NCBI GenBank assembly: GCA_965649825.1
Contig: OZ287702.1
Coordinates: 982,786 to 1,046,785 of the forward strand
From: Penicillus capitatus
Taxonomy: Eukaryota; Plantae; Chlorophyta
Reading direction: 5' to 3'
Length of the DNA: 64,000 nucleotides
Both the position numbers and the translations under genes were made by a program. The notes below the pieces were generated by a model that had not been told where the DNA came from, did not search any database, and worked only from the letters and a program-made list of their open reading frames with translations. Positions within the stretch are counted from its first letter, which is position 1. The number at the start of each line of letters is the position of its first letter. Positions 48,327-58,541 of the stretch are shown one piece after another.

Positions 48327-50721
48327 TTAGCGGAAGGATGGCATAAGGAAGCCGAAGAAGGATCGTTTTCTGTCAGCAACACGTGACCATTTCTGGCACT
48401 GCTTTGAGAATTCAGTCACGGCCTGCACGCACAAACACTCTCTGCATACATTATCACTCTAGAAGGGAAGTGAACTTCGGAAGTTTGATTTTCCGTTCCG
48501 AAGGGCATCGGGGATGGATTTGAATCAGTAAGGCGGTGGGTTGAGCGGTTAGAGGACTTCCTTGAGTTCCACCAACTCATCAAACGAGATGCACTACTCG
48601 GCTTAGAACTGTTGAGATGCTTCTCGCATTCCGCCAACAGCGTGGCATCGTCTACTTTGCGTTCCTCCTGGAAAATCGCAAGACAGGCAGATGACCATCC
48701 TTTCGCTTTTGCAGGCACTCCTGTTCTCCCCAAAAACTCTCTGGGAGTTGGATCTATGACTCCTGGATACCGCCGCTTCTCGAGACATGCGAGATCAAGC
48801 TTGGAAGTCTCTCTCCCCTTGTCATGACGCGTTTCTTCTTCATATTCCGATTCTTCTTTGCAGACGGCAACTGAGACGTTTTGACCGTCATTATTGACTT
48901 TCTCTATGTTATTCTGTGTTTGCTGTACTTCTGCTAGGCAGCTTTCACTCTGGCAGGAAACCGCTGCTGCCTCATGGAAACAATCGTTTGACACTGCTTT
49001 TGTTTGCATCGTTGAAGAAATCCCATCCTCATCCTTTGTCACCGAAACAGGTGAGTCCAGTGACTGCCACACAACTGCCAAGTCTTCCATTGACTGACGC
49101 TCTCTGTTCTTCTCTCGTTCTTGCAACAGGCTAGATGTGTTTCGGGGCGCATCGGATTCGTGGGCACGTATTTCTTCACCTTCGGCTGAACACGCCATGC
49201 TTTCTGCATCGAACTGACAGAAAGCGTCCATATCGTAAGCGGACTTCAGAGCCTCCGGAATGAAATCCAGCTCAGAGTGAGGGGACTCCAAGTCAATGTC
49301 CATCTGCGCGATCTCGTCCTCGTTCGTCTTTTCCTCCGATGTCATCCGGATGCTTTGTAGCACCTTTTGGATGTCTTCGCCAAAATCCAATCCGGCGGCA
49401 TCGGACAGATCTGTGCTGTTCTCTGACAAGACATCTTCAAGAGATGTGCAAGGACCATCCGCCTCACAGCTTAGAGAGAACATACTGGCACATCGCTCGT
49501 CGTTGTCATCTTCGTTCGTACTGGCAACAGACTCAGACAACAGCAATTGATTCTCGCAACAGCTGTCCTAACACATTAACATGGTTTAGGTACATAGCGA
49601 TAGAATATTTTGAGTTTGTAATAAATGAAATACCCCATCAACCCAGTATGGCATGAACTAAATACAACATCTACTCTCTACCTTTTGAAGTTTAGCATTG
49701 CATCCTAAGGCTAAAACGGAGTGAGTGGGAGAGCGGGCAACGACATTTAGCATGCTTGGGTGGGTGAAACGAGGGACGCGAGGACACATTTGCTTGCGGG
49801 TGGTAACAATTTCATTCAGCAATTCTTCCAGATGATTCTTCAGTTCAGCTGTTTCGAGTGCCAGATCACGGGCCCGTTTTTCTGATTGCTCGACAGAATG
49901 CATCCAGCCATCCACTTTTTCAAACAAAGGGGCTGTGGTGCTGTTTACGACACTCTCCTCGTCCCCATAGCTTTCGGAATCGTCTAAGGAAAATGATCCA
50001 TTCATCATGACATCACTCTGCAGAGCGCCATGTCCATATGCCTCCTCAGCAGCAATGTCCATGCCAACCATCCCCACCCTACGATCGCGCTCATCGTTAG
50101 CACCACGGATTATGTGTTTTGGCGTTTTACTTTCCGAGAGGATTTATTGCATTACATGCCTCTATGTGCGCTAGTCTCTGACGATGTCGCGGAGGACGAA
50201 GCGTGTTCGGTGAAACGACCCTTCTGGTGCCACTTTCAGGCACGACTTGCTTTACATCTGCTTCCACATCAGCAATCTTCGTCTCGTCAGAATCACGATT
50301 GATGAAGTCAATGTCCTTTTCCGGGATGTGGGACAGAGTCATTGGCGAGAGGAGGAACTGTAAATCCGGACGCAGAGGTAAACAAACGGCGACAGACATG
50401 TCAAGGCAAGCTTCAGTTGACGGAGAGGATATCCGATTTCGATGACGGCAAAAATACAAGACAAAATCAGTGTAGATACGGCTTCCTTTACAGTCTTGCA
50501 GTTTCACTGGACTTCGGAATGATTCTCTCTGTACGAGGGACATCCTTGTGGCCTGAAATCACGGTATGGCAAATCGGCGACGACGTCTTTGCAACCAGCG
50601 ACGGATGTGGCGCACCGGATTTTGATGCGGATACTGCGGAAGAAGAGAGCAATCAGAAAGAATTACGTTTCTCGCGAACAAACCCGTTCCGTCTGTACGG
50701 TCTTATCGCAACCGTCTCCAT
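48327..50721 (-). CDS. Uncharacterised acidic, largely low-complexity protein with a short coiled coil
   Basis: ORFs 50127-50543, 49658-50077 and 48416-49546 on one strand separated by intron-like gaps; last exon AVTEFSKQCQKW...PSFR*; no recognised domain. Confidence 0.6.
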
Positions 50722-50835
50722 ACTTACTGGTCACGTCTACACTCGGCGATAGGGCCGCGTCAATGAATGGGTGCTGTTCTCAGCGGCATGTCTGTTCCTA
50801 ATGATCAACACGCGTTGCCCGTTAGCGACGCATCA

Positions 50836-50849
50836 CGTTGCGCGCACCG
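50836..50849. promoter_or_regulatory. CGTTGCGCGCACCG, one-mismatch copy of the 14-bp palindrome in a divergent intergenic region
   Basis: Direct sequence match; regulatory role inferred. Confidence 0.4.
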
Positions 50850-51194
50850 TTGCTATGAGCCATCTGAGAATGGCAAGCAAAATGATCTGCGAAACGCAGG
50901 GAGCGATTTAACACGCTTCGCCTTAGCTCAGCTTTGAACGGAAGACGTCATGTGCTCGTCCCGTCCATAATCATCTCTAAGATCCCCGCCTTTTCTTTCG
51001 CGTTCGCTCGCCGGGAAAGCGATCATTTGAATAGCGATGATGATGGATGGCATCTTGAATAGGACGAACAGCGGGCGGTTGTGCTGTCAACGTATCGAGT
51101 CTGCTCTTTTATCAGTTTTGACCCTCCATTCCGGTCGAATAAGGATCTTCAAATCCCTGTAAAACGTGCGTATATTGTTATCCCATTCGCGCCT

Positions 51195-54100
51195 ATGTTG
51201 TTGTTTCTTCTATTGCTCGGCGTGCTGCACAGCGCAGGTGCGTCGAAAATGGCGCGCGGTTTGTTATCAGATGCCGCGTTGTGTCATAGGCGTCGCCGAG
51301 TCTCACTTCCTCGAAGGGGCGACTCGCAAATGCGTGCATTCCCACCATGTCGAACCCACACTTCAGCAGCTTGTTAAAACTATCAATAGCATTCCCTTAG
51401 TAAACCCCATCCACCTACCGTTCTCTTTGTTATGGGCCGGTTCAGGAGACGCATCGTAGCGCGAATGCCTATTTCAACCCTGTGCCGTCGCGGAGTTTGC
51501 TGCAAGAAGATGAACACCGGCCGATAAGAATCCATGTGGAATATCAGATAGATAGCCTCCCATATGAAAAACAGCAGTTCATGAAGGCGCGATGATTTTC
51601 GACGGGATCAACACGTTGACGCGTGGTTTTATTAGGAAGAGTTGGTTCCCGCAGTAAAGGGGGTATTTCAACGCATCCTCGATGTGAAGAAGCCTGTTTC
51701 TGGCCGATTCTATCTGCCATGGTCGTGTGTCTCTACTTTCGTTGGGTATCCTGGATACTGTCATGAAGTAAATACCATTCTTCGCTGACAGTTGCGTCAA
51801 AGGGCATATGTACATAGGTAGGCGATTCTTGCGGTCAAACTGCAAAGCACAACAAGGCATTGTTTGGTCCTGGAAGGGTATGCGAACAACCATTCGACGA
51901 TCGTAAGACGGACTGTCTTTCGCATCGAGCGTCCAGCCTGATCTCTTTGCTCTGCAGAGTGTGTTGATCTTCCGCGGGGTAAAGGTGTCCCCGAGGCCGA
52001 TTTCATTTTGTATGTTACTGCAAAATCTGATGTTGGATGCATCAGCAGCGCAGAAACAGTTGCTTCGGCTGGATTTTGCATCGTAAGTCGTTTCATAGCA
52101 GAATCTTTTTTACACTTGTGTGCGCTGACAGTATGACATGGACAACTGGTATGGATTACCGAACCGTCCGTTAGCTGGGGTCGCAAATTTCTGCCCAGAC
52201 AGTATATACTTAGATGAAGATATGTTTGGTTACATGTTGGATACGGCAGTACACGAAGTCTTCCATGGTAGGCACGATTGATAGAGACACATGGATACTA
52301 TCGTTTTTGTATTCACAGCTCTTGTGTTTAGCAACCAGTTGTTTGACAAGTTTATTGACAAAGACCAAAGGCCACGAGGAAAAGTCGCCGTCGAAACAGA
52401 CAAGGGCCTCATGATTACATCACCGGCTGTCAAAGAGGTATGATATCCGATACTGTCGATGATTTTGCTATACCTATTGCTGTCTGTGATCGGCAGATGG
52501 CTCGTGACATTCTGGAATGTGGATTTCTCGAAGGAGCATCTTTGGAAGATGAAGGTGGATATGGAACAGCCGTAAGCCATTGGGATCGACGTTACTTCAT
52601 GGGAGAGCTGATGATTGGTACCTCTTCTGCCTCCACGCGTGTCGCCATCTCCAATCTGACTCTTGCACTCGCCGAAGACAGCGGCTGGTAACTCCGCAAT
52701 TCGCGTCATTCTATCCACGTATTCACTGACTGTTTTTGGATAGGTACGTGCCCAAGTACGAGCACAGTGGCGTGTTGCGATCTGTGGAGCACCGAGGTTG
52801 CGAATTCGTCCACGGCAATTGCGCGTGGGAGAGTGAGGAGTTAAGCGATGTCTTCTGTTGGGACCATAGACCCGCTTCCACTCAGCCGGCTGTTTGCACA
52901 CCGGATCACATGGCGATCGGATACTGCAAGAATGATGTCACGCTGATTGGTGATTGCAGTATCGTTCAGGCATACAAGAACACACACTGCACAAACCCAG
53001 AGCACTACCAGCCGACAGAGCACGTTGATTTGGGAATGCGCAATAAAGCCGGGGCGCGCTGTTTCCCTGTTGACTCATACAAGATCTCAAGAACAGAGAA
53101 TTATTACACTGTTTTTCGTTCAGAACTCGGAGCTGCTTGTTTTGACACGGTATGCAAAGGCAGAAAACTCTACATACGCATTCCCGCAACTTCCGAACAT
53201 CCTCAAGCCGATATTCCTTGCCCATCTGGCAAAAAAATTGATCTCTCTGACTACAACATCGGGTTCGATGAAGCAACTATTGGACCTTGCCCTAACAACC
53301 GACTCATTTGTGAATCGTGGGGGTATGAAAATGCATTCCTGTCGAAAGAGGTGACATCTCTCTTGTGTTTGGAACAGATGTCCAGACGACTGCAACAACA
53401 ACGGTGTTTGTTATGAAGGCAGATGTTACTGCCACATTGGGTATGTTGGAAAGGACTGCGAGAGTCTGGCATGTCCACATAAGAAATGCAGCAAGGACCT
53501 CAAATGTGTGTTGGATCAGGGTAAGCGCAGAGCCATCTTCAAAACCGATCGGATTTCTGATGGTGTCTAGGAATTTGCGTGCCTTCTGGATTCGGAGCTC
53601 TCCAACCAGTGAAAGAGTCCGAACAGTACAGGCCGCGTACCACTTTCCCCAGTCCAGAACCCATTCCATCGAAATCCCCCGTTGTGCCTTTGCTCGAATG
53701 GGCACCTCGGCCATCCACTCCTTTCAAGCCAACCACCTCACCGAAATCAGCTGCAAAACCCGTAGAGTTTCCAGAAGGAGAAGGCATCGAATACATTCCG
53801 TTGTCAGAACCAAAGCCCGAGGGAAAGAAACCGAAATCTGGAGAGAAAGAAGGATTTGTGCCGCTCTCAGAATCGCCAAAACCACCCAGAAAATCAAAAC
53901 CGTTCAGATCGCCTGACGTCGAGCCACCTCCGGAGCACGAAGAGCCTTCCGCTTTCAGTGTCCCGGCGTACCTGCCGACGACAGCGTCCGAAGATGATGA
54001 TGTCGCCTCAGGCCGTGCCGTTGCCGTTGGCTTTCTTGACGACTGTCTTCTTTTCGAAGATTCCTATGGCGATTTGAAAGTGCGACCGGACACTGTTCGG

Positions 54101-55474
54101 AGATATACCGATGATTATGGAGAATGGATGTTCAGACCGTTTCCCAAAGTCAACGATCTGGTCGTGGATCCATCCTATGGCGAATGCCGCGATGTTTTCA
54201 CCAATTTGCGTCCTCTATGGAGAATGAGAGGATTCAAAACTGTCCGAACACTTTCTGGCATCAGCACTCTGGCGGCGCTGACTCCGAAAGCCGACGGGCC
54301 GAATGCGAATGCAAATGACATGAGCAACGACGAATTCTTCTATCAGTATTATGATGATCAGGGTTACACGTGGGAAGAAGAAGATGGGTACTCGTGGGAA
54401 GAAGAGGGCTTTGTCGAAGTCACAGAGAAGATCGATGAAGGCTTCGCTGAAGTCATCGAGAAGAAGGATGAAGACTTCAGCGAAGTCACGGAGGTGGTCG
54501 AAGAGGATGCAGGTTTTGATGAAGGTTTTGCGACTGTCGGCGAAGTGGTGGAGGAGGAGGGGGAGAAATCAGATTCGTCCGGAAAGGGCGGTAATAAATA
54601 CGCAGGCTACGCGATGGAAAAGAAAATACTTAAAGCCATCGGTCTCAAAGACAAGTACATTCTGCAGAGAGACTTTGTGACAGAGACCTGGGCGACGAAA
54701 GATAAAGAAGCCAAGCGCGCCGTTGTCTACAACGCCATGATTTCAAACACTGTTGTTCAAGTTGGTCACTCAGGATCTCTGGCTGTCGATGATATGCTGC
54801 ACGGCTTATAGGTTTCTTGCTATGTTGATGGTTCGAGATATCCGTCATACAGCACTTCTGATCGTCTCTTCCGCTTTCTCGGGGCTCTGTTGGAAGGAGG
54901 CCTGGAGATGGACAAACTCGTGCATACGGATACAGTTTACCTGTTGATAGAGAAGATTTTAGGTCAGAAGATGAACGGCCGTGATTCATGGCTCGTGTCG
55001 GAAACGGTTGCTAACATGAATTATGTAAGGCTCAAGTGCACGCTTAGCTGTCGTGTGAACTTGATCTCTTTGCGTTGTGTGTAGGAGGCACATCGTCAGC
55101 TTTCTCGATACACTGGTGTGGCATTGCTGAAGGCGACTGCCCGATTAACGATCCTGGCGCAGACCGATCTGTGTGGAAAAGCAGCAGACTTGCGGACAGG
55201 GTATCTCGGTTTTGCGATTTACTCAAGGAGGACATCCAAACATGAACTTCAAGAGAGAATGGAAGCTGTCGAGATTCCAGACATTGCTTCAATCATGCAG
55301 CAAAGCATTCCGCAGAGCAATGAGGGGGAGGTCAACGTAGAGGAAGGGAATACCGTTTTAGGTGTGCCCTATATCGAATCACGGTCACACGAATTGTTAT
55401 TTGTCGGTATCCTCATCGTGCTGCTTGTCTTCACGACATGCGCCATCTGTATGTGGCGCAATCGCCGCAAGTGA
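51195..55474 (+). CDS. Type I membrane leishmanolysin (peptidase M8) with EGF, Pro-rich linker and large C-terminal ectodomain
   Basis: Signal peptide, CVHSH pro-motif, NRPLAGVANFCP, TAVHEVFH (HExxH), LEDEGGYGTAVSHW...GELM, EGF CPDDCNNNGVCYEGRCYCHIGYVGKDC, TM LLFVGILIVLLVFTTCAICMW; more than 10 introns, one GC-AG (51587-51635). Confidence 0.9.
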
Positions 55475-55871
55475 TTCTGTCAAACACACCATGACGTTGC
55501 TTTTCCCCTCTCAACTATCCAACAGCATTGACCCAAGATAATTAGCCCATCGATTCGAATATACATCTTCACCTCGATGAGGGTGACGAATTTTGATAAG
55601 TGGATAAGCCTCACTCACTCCCTTTGGCGAATCCTTTCACACAGATAGGAAGGAATAGTGTGATAAATGAAGAAGAAGAACAGCAACAACAACAACACCC
55701 TTTGAAGAATATTAATGTTATGGACGACGTATTGTGTGTAAGAGTCGCTCGCAGTTCAAATTCCAGTTGCTTGCCGCATTAAAAGCATATGGATGATATT
55801 TGTTTGTCCCTCGCATGCGTGCATTGGTTTCTCTCTGAATTTATTTGGAGCCATACCGCCGCCAGCTCTAC

Positions 55872-57941
55872 TCAAATTCTCTTCTTGCGTGAATCTACAA
55901 AAAGTAAATTCTCTGGTGCTTGTTGTGCGTTGTCTTCAATCCGATTAAATATTTCGAAGTCGGAGACATCTATATTACACCATGAAGGGGCATCGTGTTT
56001 GCTGAAGTCATGAACGTGCTCAACCAGCGTCTGCCATCGACGTTCGCACAAGTAGCCGGCGTGATAGACTTCGGTGTAGCCCATCTCTTCTGTCATTGAT
56101 TGAAGGAATTCGAAGGGATTCTCCCATCCATGATGCTTCATTTTCCACGGCGAGTATTCGATGGCCACGATATCTGGATGAAAATGCCGAATGTAGTCCG
56201 TTCCGTTTATTGCGTCCCAAACGGACCATCCAGTATAACCGACTCGGAGTGCAGCCACCTGCATGGTACAATCGGCAACGGTTGCATTCTGCGCCTCTTC
56301 TTCCGAAACAGAAGGCTCTTTGTCATTCATTGTATCATTGGTTTCACCCTTGGGCTTCGTACAAAGAGATCGCGAGGCATTTTTGAAGTCATTGACATTT
56401 GTGTAGAGTTGGAGGATCTCTTCAAAGCCATTGGCGTGGATGCTCATGTTGAAAGGCTCGATATTTGAATCTGTTAGTTCGAGTGCGACAACAGGGTGAT
56501 GACGGCTGGCGGCGGCCAGAGAGAAGAAACCCAGCCCCGCACCGATGTCCAGCAATCCCAGATGCATGTCAGATTCTCCCAGTGATCCAGCCAAGACATC
56601 GACAAGCCGTGGACGACGGGGTACTAGACTGCCAGCTTGCCACATGCCCCATCGCGTTATCCTAGAGCTGACATCCGAATCAGCAACGTAAGCTCCGTGT
56701 TCAGCTCCGTGAACAATAACAGTGAATGTCGGCGTAAACGATGCACTAACTGGAAAGTAGGACAGAGAGATTGGCTTGACGGGTTGTATCCACGAAAACT
56801 GCTCAAGTTTTAGAAAGGACTGCAAAATCTTCAGTTCCTTTGGATATCCCCAGTTGTTTGTTTTCCAAGATCCAAAGAAATGATGCCTGATCAAGATCCC
56901 TGGCGAATCTGGCATGATCCCGTCCTTTCCGGACGGATGCGAACCGAAAGCCGCTTGAGGCAGAATACGTATACTGTGAGGCTGATCTGTCGGCGTGACA
57001 TATCTCAAGACGACATCAGTAAAGACGCCGGGTCCCGTCTTCTCCAAAGTATCGTAGTTATTGTTCGCAACAGGTTCATGTTTTTTGGCCTTGCTGACAA
57101 TGAAGTCGCAAATCTCTCTGAGTGCCGGATGTCCAGGTACAGCAGCAAAGATCCATTGAAGCACTTGACGCCGCCGTACAAAGTGTCGTGGAATAGCAGC
57201 CTTTTCGTCTTTTAAATCGCTTTCCCATCCGACAATCATCTCATCTTCCGCGTCAATCACATCGTCCATGGAGATCAGACATTCTGTGTCCAGATCTGCA
57301 TAGATGCCTCCGTAACGCAAGATCACCATGTATCGGAAAAAGTCGGATCGTTCGACGCTCTTGGGCAGGGCATTGTATGTCTCGAGGTATTCTGGAAACT
57401 CCCGCTCGACGAATTCCAAACACTGGCTGTCGTTGTAGAAAGAGTAATGCCAGGTGGGATTCATGTGTCTCCACGATCGCACAAGCGGCACCATTTTTTC
57501 CGGGATTTGATCTGTCTTATATGTTTGATGAATGTACTGAGGAATCTTCTTTTTCGAGTCCAGCAACTGAGATGTTTCTTCGTTCTCTTCTTCGCAGTCA
57601 TCACAGAGAAACACGTCGCATTCGAGTTCCTTGGCACTAAAGGTGGTCAGATTTCCGGAAGGAACAGCCTTATTGCGTTCCGGTGAGAATGAAGGCCAGG
57701 GATATAGATTTACGAATAGAAATAGGTAGAGTAGACTAGTCACAGCGACGATTCCGGCTATCCAGTGTAGACGGCTTTGCGCACAGATACGTCGCTTTCG
57801 CATTTCTTTTCCGGCAGACGATAGCACCACTGGTGACGACGCGACAGACGTTTGACTCGAGGGGGTGCTTGCAGACAAGAGCGGTGCGTCCGTATCTTCC
57901 GCGCGTCGAAGGGAAGACGAACGTCCGGTGATGCGCTCCAT
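55872..57941 (-). CDS. Type II membrane GT32 (OCH1-like) glycosyltransferase fused to a C-terminal FkbM-like methyltransferase domain
   Basis: Single TM; KIPQYIHQTYK, ERSDFFRYMVILRYGGIYADLD (DxD), TGPGVFT, HHFFGSW; then LLDIGAGLGFFSLAAAS..VVALE; intronless; an upstream in-frame ATG exists at 58004. Confidence 0.9.
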   Translation of the reverse strand: MERITGRSSSLRRAEDTDAPLLSASTPSSQTSVASSPVVLSSAGKEMRKRRICAQSRLHWIAGIVAVTSLLYLFLFVNLYPWPSFSPERNKAVPSGNLTTFSAKELECDVFLCDDCEEENEETSQLLDSKKKIPQYIHQTYKTDQIPEKMVPLVRSWRHMNPTWHYSFYNDSQCLEFVEREFPEYLETYNALPKSVERSDFFRYMVILRYGGIYADLDTECLISMDDVIDAEDEMIVGWESDLKDEKAAIPRHFVRRRQVLQWIFAAVPGHPALREICDFIVSKAKKHEPVANNNYDTLEKTGPGVFTDVVLRYVTPTDQPHSIRILPQAAFGSHPSGKDGIMPDSPGILIRHHFFGSWKTNNWGYPKELKILQSFLKLEQFSWIQPVKPISLSYFPVSASFTPTFTVIVHGAEHGAYVADSDVSSRITRWGMWQAGSLVPRRPRLVDVLAGSLGESDMHLGLLDIGAGLGFFSLAAASRHHPVVALELTDSNIEPFNMSIHANGFEEILQLYTNVNDFKNASRSLCTKPKGETNDTMNDKEPSVSEEEAQNATVADCTMQVAALRVGYTGWSVWDAINGTDYIRHFHPDIVAIEYSPWKMKHHGWENPFEFLQSMTEEMGYTEVYHAGYLCERRWQTLVEHVHDFSKHDAPSWCNIDVSDFEIFNRIEDNAQQAPENLLFVDSRKKRI

Positions 57942-58099
57942 GAAAATTGTCAACGGTTCTCGGCAGAGGAAGTTGTCGTATCGTACGCAAACCCATGAAC
58001 CCAATCACGTGTCTCATAGAAACGGATGGGACAGACAACAAAGAAGAGCATTCACCGAACATGTTTCCCAGACAGAAGCGATAGATAGATAGCACTCAC

Positions 58100-58534
58100 T
58101 CATTGCTCAAGACTCGTCAAATCGACCCCCGTTCCAAGGCAATTGGCACAGGGCTGCTCCTGCTTTCCTTTGCACAGTGGACAGATACATATCACGGGGA
58201 TGACTGCTTCTGCACGACGTGAGAATTCGAGGTATCCAGTGCCTACAGGAGATAGGCCTCATGAACGAAGTTTGAGTGGATATGGGACGCGACTGAGACA
58301 GACTTGACACGGCCTCGTCCCTTTCCCTCGACAGATGACGCAGAACTGCCCACGTTGACGCTAGGCGAAGGTGAGATGGGCCACTAAGGGCCAAGGTCTT
58401 ACGGCGCGATGCACACGGACACTACGAACGGCAGTGGACCCGAGCTGTGAAGCCAGTCCGATTCCGCAGAGCGCTGCGAAACCGCAGGCCGACGTGAACC
58501 CTATACGTCGAAGCAACGGACGCATGTGTGGCAT
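58100..58534 (-). CDS. Small membrane-anchored DnaJ-type zinc-finger protein (four CxxCxGxG-like repeats)
   Basis: Two GT-AG introns give CVICRGKG, CQVCLSTG, CPLCKGKQ, CANCLGTG; hydrophobic N-terminal segment; ATG at 58534 or 58525. Confidence 0.8.
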
Positions 58535-58541
58535 CTTTCGA

